Positions 46,343 to 57,500 are shown, counted from the stretch's first letter. The stretch is 64,000 nt of DNA from Pseudomonadota bacterium (GCA_039030715.1 JBCCDU010000006.1:6331-70330); one strand, 5' to 3'. Program-made: numbers and translations. Notes: a model not told the origin generated them from the letters alone.

Positions 46343-47462
46343 AATATTGAGCGCGCCCGATATCGCCATCGTGCTGACCGGAGCGTTGGTTGGCGCAGCG
46401 GCAGCACTGCTGGGTCCCTTCCTGATCCTGCGCCAGAACGCCATGCTGGCGGATGCGATAGCCCATGCGATCCTGTTCGGAATCATGGTGGTCTGGCTGT
46501 TGACCGGTCTGGTAAGTGGGCCGGTTCAGATCATCGGCGCGGGTTTGGCCGGCGTCCTATGCGTCTGGCTGACCGAGGCGCTGGCACGCACCGGACGGGT
46601 CAAGCAGGACGCGGCCATTGGGCTGGTCTTTCCGGTTCTGTTCGCGCTGGGGGTTCTGATGCTGAACCTGTTTGCCAGGGATGTGCATATCGATGCGCAT
46701 ACGGTGCTGTTGGGCGAAATCGGTTTCGTCTGGCTGGACCTCGTCGCGGTTCCCGGAGGCGAGGTCCCAAAGGCATTGCTGTGGATGGGCGTTGTCTTCG
46801 CGATCAATCTGGCTTTCGTCGCGATGTTCTGGAAGGAGTTGAAGCTTTCCACATTTGATCCTGTACTGGCCGAGGCCTTCGGATTTCTGCCGCGCGCGCT
46901 GTTCTATGCGCTCCTTTTCCTGACCTCGACAACCGCGGTGGCAGCCTTCGATGCCGTGGGGGTTATCCTTTTTATTGCCTTTGTTATCGTGCCGCCCTCT
47001 GCCGCCTATCTGCTCACTGATCGGCTGGGCGCGATGGTCGGGATCGGGATGGCGATTGCAGCGGTCTCCTCCGCCGGGGGGTATGGCCTGGCGGTGCTAT
47101 GGGACGTGTCGATCGGGGGTATGATGGCGCTGGGTACCGGGGTCTGCTTTTTGGCCGCGCTGCTGTTTGGACCGCGATATGGCTTGATGGCGCGATTGCT
47201 GCGCAGGCGCGGCGAGACCGTCGGCAACGATCTGCGCGCCCTGATGGTGCATCTGGCCTCGCATGAAGGACAAGCCATGCAGGGAGAGGAAAACCTGGCG
47301 GAGGCGTTGCAGACACATCTGGGATGGCCGAAACCGCGCGCTCAGATGGTGTTGGATCGCTCGCTGAGCGGGGGATACATCCTGCGAGATGGCGCGGCGC
47401 TTTACCTGACCGACAAGGGCAGGCGATTGGCCGAAGCCCTGCTGGAACCCTGGCGGCGCTGA
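46335..47462 (+). CDS. Mn/Zn ABC permease with C-terminal winged-helix-like extension
   Basis: MLADAIAHAIL ABC-3 motif; soluble tail ending GYILRDGAALYLTDKGRRLA. Confidence 0.9.
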   Translation: MFEILSAPDIAIVLTGALVGAAAALLGPFLILRQNAMLADAIAHAILFGIMVVWLLTGLVSGPVQIIGAGLAGVLCVWLTEALARTGRVKQDAAIGLVFPVLFALGVLMLNLFARDVHIDAHTVLLGEIGFVWLDLVAVPGGEVPKALLWMGVVFAINLAFVAMFWKELKLSTFDPVLAEAFGFLPRALFYALLFLTSTTAVAAFDAVGVILFIAFVIVPPSAAYLLTDRLGAMVGIGMAIAAVSSAGGYGLAVLWDVSIGGMMALGTGVCFLAALLFGPRYGLMARLLRRRGETVGNDLRALMVHLASHEGQAMQGEENLAEALQTHLGWPKPRAQMVLDRSLSGGYILRDGAALYLTDKGRRLAEALLEPWRR

Positions 47463-47576
47463 CCCACTAAGCGGAATGCGGCTGACACCGCATACACCTC
47501 TGCCCTGCGCCCCCGAGGGGCACAGGCGATGAATGGCACTCTGACGCTTAGCATTTCGTGCTGCGCATTTTGCAGA

Positions 47577-50500
47577 TCAGGCGACCAGCAAGGTGCTCTC
47601 GTCGATATCGCCGATATCGGTGCCCGCGACCCGGATGGTGTTGCCCGCGTATTCGATGAGGACATCCTCGCCATCCTGGCGGATCGTCAGATCGGCACGG
47701 CTGAGGCCGGTATGCTGGATCTCGATCCGATCCAGTTCGGCTTCGAAATCGGTGATCACGTCGTCCTGACTGGCCAGGTCGAAACGGAAACGATCCGCCC
47801 CGGCACCCCCGTGCAACAGGTCGCGGCCATGGCCGCCATGGAGAATATCCTCGCCATGGCCGCCGTAAAGCCGGTCGTCGCCATGGCGACCTTGCAGCAA
47901 GTCGTCTCCACCCTTGCCCTTGAAAACCTCGTCCCGCGCCGTGCCCGCGATATGGTTGTCACCCTGGTCGCCATCGGTCACGCGCCTGCCCCAGAGGACG
48001 CCGCCGCCGCCGCCAAGCAGGCCGCTTTCGGTCTCCAACGTATCACCACCCGCGGCCCCTAGCGCCCGCGCATCGGGATCGGTGCCACTGATGGCGCCTT
48101 CCTGATCGGCAGCGGCATGCTCGCCGGTATCCAGGGCGGCATCGCGCAGAAGCGCCAGACCATCCTCGAGATCGAGCGGATCCACCGCGGCGGTCTCGCG
48201 CGTGTCCAGTTCAGGCACCACATATGCCCGGTCTTCGCGCACCACGCCGTTTTCGAAGACCGCGTAGGTCGGTGCGATCACCGAATGGGCATGCGGCTGA
48301 TAGAGCCCGTTATCCACTGCGCCACCGGGCACCTCCCAGGCGAGATCCAAAGCGACAAGGAACTCCTTGGTGGTGTAATCGCCGGTCAGTCGATCCGTGA
48401 AGATCATACGCATGGCGACGAATTTCACGTCAGAACCGGGCGTGGAGTAATATCCCTCACTCGCCAACACCCCATCGATCATTTCTCGCGAGAAAATGAT
48501 CTTCTCGTTCGTGCTAACGGCGAGACGCGTTTCCTCTGGCACCAGGGGCGAGAAGTCCTCGTAGACGAAGACATGCCGGCCCAGGCTGTCATGTTTGGCG
48601 AACTCCAGCGCCGTGCCGGACCAGATATCGGCAGCGATCCCGTCGCCGTCATCCTCGCGATGGCTGCGCTTGAGCTTGGTCCCGTTCGAGAAGTGCACCT
48701 GGCTGAGATAGATCGAGTCGTGATAGGCGAGCGGGATATGATCGCGCAGCACCTGGGCGTAATCCGAAGCATTGGCCAGGTCCTCGCGCCAGAGCGCGAC
48801 CAGACCGCCCTTGGCACTGTCATCCAGCAGTTGGATATCGACGGAGGATTTGGCCTTCGGTTTGTCCACCGCGTCCCAGATCTGACGAGCCTCGTAAGGC
48901 ACGGGCGTGCCGTCCTCGTCCTCGATCACGATCTTGCGCTGTGCGAACCACGAGCGGGTGTTCATATTGTCCGCCGTCACGTTGACGATGTTGTGGTTCC
49001 ACAGGTTGTACGCGGGATTGTCGATGCCGAACGAGGTGCCCAGCCCCTCGTGCAGGTCCACGACGTCGCCCGACCAGGGCGATAGCGGGTCCCAGTAGCC
49101 GCGGCGGTATTCCTGGCGATTGCCCATCTTGGGCCAGCTCAGTATCGCCTTGTCGAAGGTTTCCACATGGCTGTCGACCACGGTGATATCGGCGACCGAA
49201 ACCTTGAAGAAGAAGCCGGCATTGGTGCCTTCATAGTGATCTTCCTCGGTGCCCAGCAGCAGGAAGTCCTCGAAGATGTATTTCGAGGAATAGGTGAGCT
49301 TCACGCCAGCCTCGGCGATCTCCCAACCGGTGAACTCGGTCAGGTGAGACCAGGCATCGTTGTATTTGCGCACGGAATCCAGCGGATCGGTGATGATCCG
49401 GATGCCTTCCAGGGCGCCGATCACCTCGTTGCCGTGGAAGCGTGCGATCGGCACATCCTCGGCACTCACGCTGTCGGCACCGTGGGCGATATCCGTCAGC
49501 GCGCCCAGTTCCGACGTGTCCACGTCCTTCAGATCGACACCGTTGTTGCGGTACATGAACCCGGCGCGAGCCGAGGAAATCGCGACATTGTCGACCACAT
49601 CGATCGCGCGGCTGTGGAGCCAGAAGCCCACGCCCTCATGCCCGAAATTGTCGTTGAAGTCGTCGGAGTCGTCGTTGCCGACATGCGCGCGCGTCCCATA
49701 GGTGCCAAAGGTCGCGTTGCCTTGCCAAAGGCCGGTCTCGTTCCCGCTTTCCGACACGATGCCCGTGCCATCTACATCGAAAGTGACATTGCCGATCAGG
49801 TCGGCCTTGCTGTCATGTTGCACGATGCCCCAGCCGGGCGAGCCCCAGACGACATTGCCGCGCAGCAGCGCGCCATCATCCTGGGCGCTGTCCTGGGCGG
49901 CCATGAAGGCCTGGTGCGTTGCGGCATCATGGCGGATCGAGTCGACCACACCGTCACCGTCGGTATCGACCCGCTCGCCCAGATCGCCCAACATTTCGTG
50001 GTCTTCGCCTATTTTGTGGAGGTAGTAGTCGACAACGCCGTCGCCGTCCTCGTCCCTGGCCGTACAGTGGCAGATCGGATCGCCGGACCGCGCACAGGGA
50101 CCGATCACGCCGCCTTCGTCATCCATATGGTTGTGACCATCGTGACCCACGCCCGCCATGTGGATATGCAGGGCATAGCGCCCGCGCATATTCTGGATCT
50201 CCTCCGCGGCAGTCATGATCGCGGTGTCGACACCAGCTTCGAACACACCGATTTCGCCAGCGTCCTCGTAAACGCGGTGGTTATATTCAATCGAGCCGGT
50301 GTCCTCGACGGTGACAAAATCGTCCAGTTCCTTGGACTTGTCAGTACGACCCAGGCCGAAGAACGAGCTGTTTTCGACCCGCACATCATCGTTATGCATG
50401 AACATAATATGGCCGCGCTCGGTCACATAATGATCCATCGGCCCAGCATCTTCGCCCAGGCTGACTGCACGATCGGCCATACCATCGCCGTCCTTGTCCG

Positions 50501-51356
50501 CCACTTCCGACGAGAAAGTGACATTGCGCGAGAGGTTTCCGACGCTGGTGGTCAGCTCCTGCCCGGTATTCGGATCGGTGCGGCCCACGTGATCGTAGTG
50601 CAATGGCTCGTCCAGATGAACGATCATGGTGTCGCCATTCACCTCGACCGCCGTGATGGTGCGCACTTCGTCTTCCGACTGGAAATCCCCGGCATCATCG
50701 CGGCCCAGCCATGAGGTGGCGCCGACCACGATCTGCTGTCCGGGTTTCCAAGACGTCGCACCTTCGTCCCAGGCATTGAACTCCAGGGTGGTGTCGCCGG
50801 CTTCCGGGCCGCTTTGCAGTTTCAGATGCGCGGCGGTTTCCTGTCCGCGCACGATCACCTCGCCACTGGCGACCAGCCCCAGCGAGAGCTGCGAAGGATC
50901 CCAATCGTAACGTCCGACCACCCCGTTGCCATCCGCATGATCGCTGTAGAAATCGCTATGCACGGCGGGCGCGCCCTCGGCAAAGACGATGTCGACCGTT
51001 CCATCATCGAACCGGCCTGCCAAGACGTTGAAAGTGCTGTCTGGCGAAGTGACAATAGTGTCGACGACCATCTTGGTGGCGGGGTTCTGTTCGGCCGTGA
51101 AGGTCAGCGTCCCGTCGACACGCACCATGAACAGCGCCGCATCGCTGGCCCCGTCGTAGCCGACCGTGACATCCGCCGGGATATGGACCAGCGCGCCCTC
51201 GTCCGGGACTTCGCCATCGGCCCAGGTATCGGGGTCGAACCAGTTTCCGCTATTGATCGCGACATGCGTCGCCATCGGCGCCGTCCCATCGCTCTCAACC
51301 AGAAAGAGGTCGAGTTGTGGATCGCCATGCCCGCCCGATTCATTTGTACCCGCCAT
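47577..51356 (-). CDS. Large G8-domain/beta-helix protein with C-terminal RTX repeats
   Basis: N-terminal SGNWFDPDTWADGEVP...VHIP...V.YD G8 motif; RGHIMFMH, GLGRT and RGRYALHIH core motifs; GGxGxDxLx repeats near the C-terminus; no signal peptide. Confidence 0.8.
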   Translation of the reverse strand: MAGTNESGGHGDPQLDLFLVESDGTAPMATHVAINSGNWFDPDTWADGEVPDEGALVHIPADVTVGYDGASDAALFMVRVDGTLTFTAEQNPATKMVVDTIVTSPDSTFNVLAGRFDDGTVDIVFAEGAPAVHSDFYSDHADGNGVVGRYDWDPSQLSLGLVASGEVIVRGQETAAHLKLQSGPEAGDTTLEFNAWDEGATSWKPGQQIVVGATSWLGRDDAGDFQSEDEVRTITAVEVNGDTMIVHLDEPLHYDHVGRTDPNTGQELTTSVGNLSRNVTFSSEVADKDGDGMADRAVSLGEDAGPMDHYVTERGHIMFMHNDDVRVENSSFFGLGRTDKSKELDDFVTVEDTGSIEYNHRVYEDAGEIGVFEAGVDTAIMTAAEEIQNMRGRYALHIHMAGVGHDGHNHMDDEGGVIGPCARSGDPICHCTARDEDGDGVVDYYLHKIGEDHEMLGDLGERVDTDGDGVVDSIRHDAATHQAFMAAQDSAQDDGALLRGNVVWGSPGWGIVQHDSKADLIGNVTFDVDGTGIVSESGNETGLWQGNATFGTYGTRAHVGNDDSDDFNDNFGHEGVGFWLHSRAIDVVDNVAISSARAGFMYRNNGVDLKDVDTSELGALTDIAHGADSVSAEDVPIARFHGNEVIGALEGIRIITDPLDSVRKYNDAWSHLTEFTGWEIAEAGVKLTYSSKYIFEDFLLLGTEEDHYEGTNAGFFFKVSVADITVVDSHVETFDKAILSWPKMGNRQEYRRGYWDPLSPWSGDVVDLHEGLGTSFGIDNPAYNLWNHNIVNVTADNMNTRSWFAQRKIVIEDEDGTPVPYEARQIWDAVDKPKAKSSVDIQLLDDSAKGGLVALWREDLANASDYAQVLRDHIPLAYHDSIYLSQVHFSNGTKLKRSHREDDGDGIAADIWSGTALEFAKHDSLGRHVFVYEDFSPLVPEETRLAVSTNEKIIFSREMIDGVLASEGYYSTPGSDVKFVAMRMIFTDRLTGDYTTKEFLVALDLAWEVPGGAVDNGLYQPHAHSVIAPTYAVFENGVVREDRAYVVPELDTRETAAVDPLDLEDGLALLRDAALDTGEHAAADQEGAISGTDPDARALGAAGGDTLETESGLLGGGGGVLWGRRVTDGDQGDNHIAGTARDEVFKGKGGDDLLQGRHGDDRLYGGHGEDILHGGHGRDLLHGGAGADRFRFDLASQDDVITDFEAELDRIEIQHTGLSRADLTIRQDGEDVLIEYAGNTIRVAGTDIGDIDESTLLVA
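47790..47972 (-). repeat. RTX (hemolysin-type Ca-binding) nonapeptide repeats; boundaries approximate
   Basis: GKGGDDLLQ GRHGDDRLY GGHGEDILH GGHGRDLLH GGAGADRF. Confidence 0.85.
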
Positions 51357-51584
51357 TCACCCGCTCCCGCGCTCACGTAATTCACTCACCCGGGGCAGAG
51401 GATGCGCGCGACACGTTTAGGTCATTTTAAGAATCAGGGTGAACGCGGCATTCACCATATTTCTCACGGTCATGTGTCGACGGTGAGATTCCGCGCTTCC
51501 CTCGCCCAAAAACGCTGGCTAGAAAAGGTCAGACAAAAGATCCGGCAGACGGACGCTCGGTGTCGGACGCTCAGGGAGAACGAC

Positions 51585-53216
51585 ATGCTCGGCATGATGC
51601 AGGACTGGCCGCTCAAGGTCTCGCATATCATCGACCACGCAGCCCGGTTTCATACGAACCGCGAGGTAGTCAGCCGCTCGGTCGAGGGACCGATCACGCG
51701 CAGCACGTGGGGCAAGGTGCATACTCGCGCCAAGCGGGTCACCCAGGCGTTGCGCCGTTTGGGCGTGAAACCCGGCCAGGTGATCGGCGGCATGGCGTGG
51801 AACACGACGCGACATATGGAAGTCTGGTACGGCGTGCCGGGCGCGGGCGCGGTGCTGCACACGCTGAACCCCCGGCTTTCAGGCGAGCAACTCATCTATA
51901 TCATCACTCACGCGGAGGATGCGTGGATCTTCGTCGACCACGATCTGGTGGGCGTATTGGAACCCATCGCCGCCGACCTGCCCGGGGTGAAGGGCTATAT
52001 CGTAATGACCGACCGGGCGCATATGCCCGAAACCTCGCTGCCCAACGCGCTTTGCTATGAAGAACTGCTGGAGGCCGAAGACGGCGAGTGCGCCTGGGAG
52101 CCGGTCGAGGAGAACGCCGCCTGCGGGATCTGCTATACCTCCGGCACCACCGGCAACCCCAAAGGCGTGGTCTACTCTCACCGCTCGAACGTGCTGCATG
52201 CGATGGCAATGATCCAGCCGGATATGTTAGCGTTGAGTAGCAATGACTGGGTGATGCCGGTGGTGCCGCTCTTCCATGCTAATGGCTGGTCGACGGGATA
52301 TGCGACACCGATGGCCGGCGCGACCATGGTGCTTCCAGGCCGAATGATGGACCCTGCCAGCCTCTACGAGATGCTGGATCTGGGGGTGACCGTGGCTGCG
52401 GCTGTCCCGACCGTCTGGTTGCCGCTGCTGGCGCATCTGCAGGAGACCGGCAAGATGCTGCCCCATCTGGAGCGTGTGGTGATCGGCGGTTCGTCGTGCC
52501 CGCGCGCGGTGATCGAGGCATTCCAGAACATCTATGACGTGCGCGTATTGCATGCCTGGGGCATGACAGAAACCTCGCCGCTGGGGTCGTTCTGCACCAT
52601 GAAACCCGAAGTCGCGAAGCTGCCGCCGGAGGAACAGATCGACATCCAGCTCAAAGTTGGTCACCCGCCCTTCACGGTGGATCTGGAGATCCGCGACGAT
52701 GATGGCGCGACCCTGCCCTGGGACGACGAGACCCAGGGGCGTTTGATAATACGCGGCCCGGGCGTCGTGGGCCGCTATCTGAAACAGGAACAGGACACGA
52801 TAGACCGGGACGGCTGGTTCGACACCGGCGATGCCGCGACGATGGACGCCAATGGCTATGTCCGCATCACCGACCGGTTGAAAGATGTGATCAAATCCGG
52901 CGGCGAATGGATCAGTTCCATCGAGATGGAGAACGCGGCCGTAAGCCACCCGGAGGTGTTCGAAGCCGCCGCCGTCGCCATGCCCCATCCGAAATGGGAC
53001 GAACGCCCGGTGTTGATCGTGGTGCCGATGCCAGGCAAATCGCCCTCGGCCGAAAGCATCATCGATCTTATCCGTCCACACTTTGCGAAATGGCAACTGC
53101 CGGACGAGGTGCTGTTCCGCGAGGAGATCCCGCACACGGCCACCGGCAAGATCTCGAAACTCAAACTGCGCCAGATCCTCAGCGACGAAGGCTATGCCCT
53201 GCCCGATCAGCGCTGA
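51585..53216 (+). CDS. Acyl-CoA synthetase (medium/long-chain fatty-acid CoA ligase, AlkK/DmdB-like)
   Basis: YTSGTTGNPKG, AWGMTETSP, FDTGD, DRLKDVIKSGGEWISS and TGKISK. Start set at 51585 after SD GGGAGA. Confidence 0.93.
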   Translation: MLGMMQDWPLKVSHIIDHAARFHTNREVVSRSVEGPITRSTWGKVHTRAKRVTQALRRLGVKPGQVIGGMAWNTTRHMEVWYGVPGAGAVLHTLNPRLSGEQLIYIITHAEDAWIFVDHDLVGVLEPIAADLPGVKGYIVMTDRAHMPETSLPNALCYEELLEAEDGECAWEPVEENAACGICYTSGTTGNPKGVVYSHRSNVLHAMAMIQPDMLALSSNDWVMPVVPLFHANGWSTGYATPMAGATMVLPGRMMDPASLYEMLDLGVTVAAAVPTVWLPLLAHLQETGKMLPHLERVVIGGSSCPRAVIEAFQNIYDVRVLHAWGMTETSPLGSFCTMKPEVAKLPPEEQIDIQLKVGHPPFTVDLEIRDDDGATLPWDDETQGRLIIRGPGVVGRYLKQEQDTIDRDGWFDTGDAATMDANGYVRITDRLKDVIKSGGEWISSIEMENAAVSHPEVFEAAAVAMPHPKWDERPVLIVVPMPGKSPSAESIIDLIRPHFAKWQLPDEVLFREEIPHTATGKISKLKLRQILSDEGYALPDQR

Positions 53217-53303
53217 GCCCTTCTTGACTTCCCCCAAGTAAAACGGTGGAGGCCGCCTGGTCGCGTGTTACACTGCCATATCGGCGGTTCGTGAGCGTGC
53301 ATT

Positions 53304-54461
53304 ATGGCCAACCCAGACGTCACAGTGTTGCTCGGTACCACCAAGGGTGCCTTTCTGGCCCGCGGCGATGCTGATCGGCGGGAATTCGACCTGGCCGGCC
53401 CCTTCTGCGACGGATGGCCGATCAATCATGTTGTTTGCGACCCTCAGACCGGCCTGCTCTGGGCCGGGGGTGGCGGCGAGTGGCACGGCGCAGGCGTCTG
53501 GCGCTCGACCGATGGAGGAGAGAGCTGGGAGGTCACGCGCCTCACCAAGGGCGTAAGCGACGATTGGGCGGCGAGCGACGCAGACTTTGCCCGTATGATC
53601 GGCTGGACGGACACGCCCATGCCCTTTGGTGACAGCTTCGCACAGATCTGGTCGCTGCGTTTTGCGCATGGGGCGCTCTACGCCGGAACAAAACCGGCGA
53701 GCCTGCTGGTCAGCGAGGATCAGGGGGAAACCTGGGACAGGGTCGAAGGGTTGAGCAATCACCCCTCCGCCGAAAACTGGAACCCGGGTGCTGCTGGGCT
53801 GATCCTGCACACAATCGTTCCCGATCCCGGCAATGCGAAGAAGCTGTGGATCGGCATATCCGCCGCCGGTGTCTTCGCAACCGAGGATGGCGGGCAAAGC
53901 TGGGAGCGGCGCAACCGCCTTGCCAATTCCGAGGTCTGCGGCGATCACGCTCACCCGGCTGGCCCGCGCGATGGCGAAACCGGACATTGTGTCCACAATA
54001 TCGTGCGTGCAACGGGTGGGCTGGATCTGCTCTATCAGCAGAACCACCACGGCGTCTGGCGCTCGACCGATGGCGGGCGCAGCTGGGACGATATCACTGC
54101 CGGCCTGCCTTCCGAATTCGGCTTTCCGATTCATGTCCATCCGCGCGATGGCCACACGATCTGGACACTGCCGCTGAACGGCGACAGCGCGGGGCGGTTT
54201 CCGCCGGACGCGGCGGCGGCTGTCTGGAAGTCCACCGACAGCGGCGCGACCTGGCAGGCAAAGCGCAGCGGCCTGCCACAAAAGAATTGCTTCTTTACAG
54301 TGCTGCGGCAGGCAATGGCCGGAGATACCGGCACGCCAGCCGGGCTCTATTTCGGCACCAATAGCGGCTCGCTTTTCGCCAGCACGGACGAGGGCGAGAC
54401 ATGGTCCGAAATTGCCCGGCACCTGCCCGCGATACTCTCGGTCGAGGTTTTGGAGCGTTAG
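53304..54461 (+). CDS. BNR/Asp-box beta-propeller protein (sialidase-like fold)
   Basis: Repeated Asp-boxes: WRSTDGGESW, SEDQGETW, TEDGGQSW, STDGGRSW, STDSGATW, STDEGETW. Confidence 0.88.
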   Translation: MANPDVTVLLGTTKGAFLARGDADRREFDLAGPFCDGWPINHVVCDPQTGLLWAGGGGEWHGAGVWRSTDGGESWEVTRLTKGVSDDWAASDADFARMIGWTDTPMPFGDSFAQIWSLRFAHGALYAGTKPASLLVSEDQGETWDRVEGLSNHPSAENWNPGAAGLILHTIVPDPGNAKKLWIGISAAGVFATEDGGQSWERRNRLANSEVCGDHAHPAGPRDGETGHCVHNIVRATGGLDLLYQQNHHGVWRSTDGGRSWDDITAGLPSEFGFPIHVHPRDGHTIWTLPLNGDSAGRFPPDAAAAVWKSTDSGATWQAKRSGLPQKNCFFTVLRQAMAGDTGTPAGLYFGTNSGSLFASTDEGETWSEIARHLPAILSVEVLER

Positions 54462-54515
54462 GGATTTATCTCACGCGGCCAGGATCGGCGCACCGCCCAC
54501 ATCGCTTAAGAAAGA

Positions 54516-57500
54516 TCAGAGGATGAAATCCTGCTCGTCCAGAGTGATCGGACCGGCAAGCTCGATCTGGAAGTCCTGTGCGCCATCTCCGTCCATATCG
54601 ACTTGCAGGATCGTATAGTCGTCGCCGCGGTCTATGAAGTAGCGGATCTCTGCCCCACTGCCCGAGAATGCCGCGCGCCCGATGAAGGCAAAGGCCTGGT
54701 CGCCGGCCTGACCGGCATCCGCATCGATGCGTGACAGGTCGATCACGTCCTGAGCCGCGAAGTCATTGATCACATCGCGCCGGATCGCGCCCAGCCTGGT
54801 GTCCGTCGCTGCGAAAAAACTGAAGCGATCCGCGCCACCGCCGCCGAAAAGCTGATCCTGCCCCGCGTTGCCGAAGAGCGTGTCGTCGCCCGCCCCGCCG
54901 AACAGGCGGTCATCGCCCTGGCGACCCTGCAACCGGTCTGACCCGCCGAGGCCCCAGAGCATGTTGCCTTCAGCATCACCGAATAGCTGATCGTCCCTGG
55001 TGCCCCCGCGCAGGTTTTCGACCGAGAGATAGATATCTCCTTTGGCATGACCTGCCCCGGCAACGGTGCCCGCCAGATCCGCGCGCACAGGTCCAAACGC
55101 ATCGGTAAATCCGGCCGTATCTGTACCAGCGCCGCCATCGATACGGTCAGCGCCAGCACCGCCGACAAGAGTATCGTTGCCGCCCTGCCCGAACAGTCGG
55201 TCACCGCCCTGGTCGCCATAGAGCGTATCGTTGCCCTGGCCACCATAGAGGCTGTCTGCCCCCTCCAGGCCATTCACCTCGTCATTGCCGCCTAGCGCAT
55301 AAATCTCGTCACGCGAAGCCGTGCCAACAAGCGTATCTGCACCCTCGCTCGCCGCGACCGTGCCGAAATCCCCTTTCACGGCGGCCAGATAGCCGGTGAC
55401 ATAGGTCATGTCCGAGATGCCCTGCTGCACCGTATATTCCGTCGACGGCACAAACACGCTGAAGCCATTGAAGCTCTCGGCCACGGGGATATCGAAGTAA
55501 TTCGGCCAAACCGCTGGTTCCATGATGTCGTGGAAGAACTGCCGCCCGTAATCGCGGATGTTGTAGTCGCCATAGATCGTGATCCCCGGCGGCGGGCCAT
55601 AGCCCAGCACATCCGCATCGGTGTTCAAGATCTCCTCGGGTCCGCGCAATCCGTCGAGCCCGGTCATATAGACCATGTTCAATGGGTTGGCGCCCAGGGT
55701 GTATTGCAGATCCGCCTCGATCTTGCGCAGCCAGGCGTCGTCGTCGGTCAGGGCATGCATCCGCACATAAAGCTGTGCCGAGAAATTCGGTTGCTGCCCG
55801 GTATTGCCCCAGCCATAGGGCGCATAGGGGTTGGAGGCGAAACCAAAGGCACTGCCAGTGCCATTTAGTTCCAGATATGTCGTCTCGCGCTGTATATCGC
55901 CTATCCCGTTCTCCACGATCCGCTGATCGACCAGGGGCCGATCGGTTCGGGCATAAAGGAACGCCGCCTCGAACTGATGCTGCCGCCAATCGAGATTGGG
56001 CACGTCGGGCGTGTCATAGACTGTGCTGTCGAGGAAGATGTCGTGCCACTTCTTCTGACCCGTGAGGCGATAGAGTTCGGCCGCCGCGATGTTGCGCGCG
56101 GTGACCCAGGCCGGCTGATCCGCCAGATCGGCGGGCGTGTTCGCCTCCGCCCATTCCATCGCGCGGACAGCGCTTTCGCGCCAGACCGCAACCTGGCCGG
56201 GGTCATAGGTCTGCAGGATATGCGCGGCCTTTGCAGCGCCCGCCGCATATTCCCAACTGGTCCAGGCCTCCGGCGCATAAGCGAAGATCTCCTCGGTCTC
56301 GGCCCAAGATCCTTGCCCATAGGCCGGGTAGCTCGCCTGCTCGATCCCGCCAGGCACGCCGCCATCGTCCTTTTGCAGGCGGCGAAACAGATCGAGGTTC
56401 CAAAGCGCCTCATCCACCAGATCAGGTATCTCGTCCCCCGCTTCCGGAATACGGCCATCCCGTGCTTCGGCAAATTCGGGGCTCAGCTCCACCAACTCGA
56501 TCAGGCGGCGCGAGGTTTCGACATGCTGGGTGCGCCGATCGAAATCGCCGGCATCGTGCCAACCGCCCCAGGCATCCGGCAGGATCTCGCCGGTGCCGGA
56601 CCCTGGCAATAGATCCTGGAAGGAGATATCGCCGCCGCCTTCGGAGGTATCCGACAGTTTCACCGTGGATTGCTGTACAGTGACGCCGTCTTTGGGGTGC
56701 AGGGAGCGGGGCCGGACAAAATCCGTGAAGTCTTCCTCCAGCGCGATGCCGCTGCGCTGATGGTAGAATCCGCTGAACGAAACGTCGAAGACCTCGCCCC
56801 AATGAGTTTCGGAAATGTCGAAGGACTGGCTACGGCCCACGCCATCGACCAGGATGTGGTAGCTGCCTTCCGCCGTGATGTCCGAGAAATCCATCTTCCA
56901 GACATCCGTGCCCTGAAAGTTCAGCGAGAAGTTGGTCGTCTCGTCCAACGCCTTCGACAACTCGATTTGGCCGGTTTTGACCGCCTGGCCCGTCGCTTCA
57001 TCGATCACGCGAAACCTGGTGCCAGGGGCATAATCCTGGGGCACGCTCGCCTGCGCTTCGATATCCCACCCATTCCAGCTTGACAAATAGGCGACCTTCA
57101 CGCCGTCGTCGGGATCGAACCCGGTCAGATTGACATGCACGGCCTCCGATATCATCTGCGTGGGCTGGAAACGTGCCGCCAGAGTTTCGAACGCCTGATC
57201 GTCAAAGCTGATCGTGACCCGGTCGCCGGGTGCGAGATCGCGGTCCAGATCCAGGAACATATTCTCCGCCGTGCGGAAATCGAACGTGAACCAGCCGGTC
57301 TCTGCCGTGTCGAGAATATTGGACTTGCGGGAAACGCCTTCGATCCCGACCACTTGCCCGTTGATGCGAACTGTCCAGTTCGAAAGCAGATCGGCATCGG
57401 CACGTAGAACGCCGCCGACATCTTCTCGGGCGAAGATACCGGCCAGTGGCGAAGCCTGAAAATCATCCACCGGCGTCCAGTATTCCTGATCGCGCCCGCC

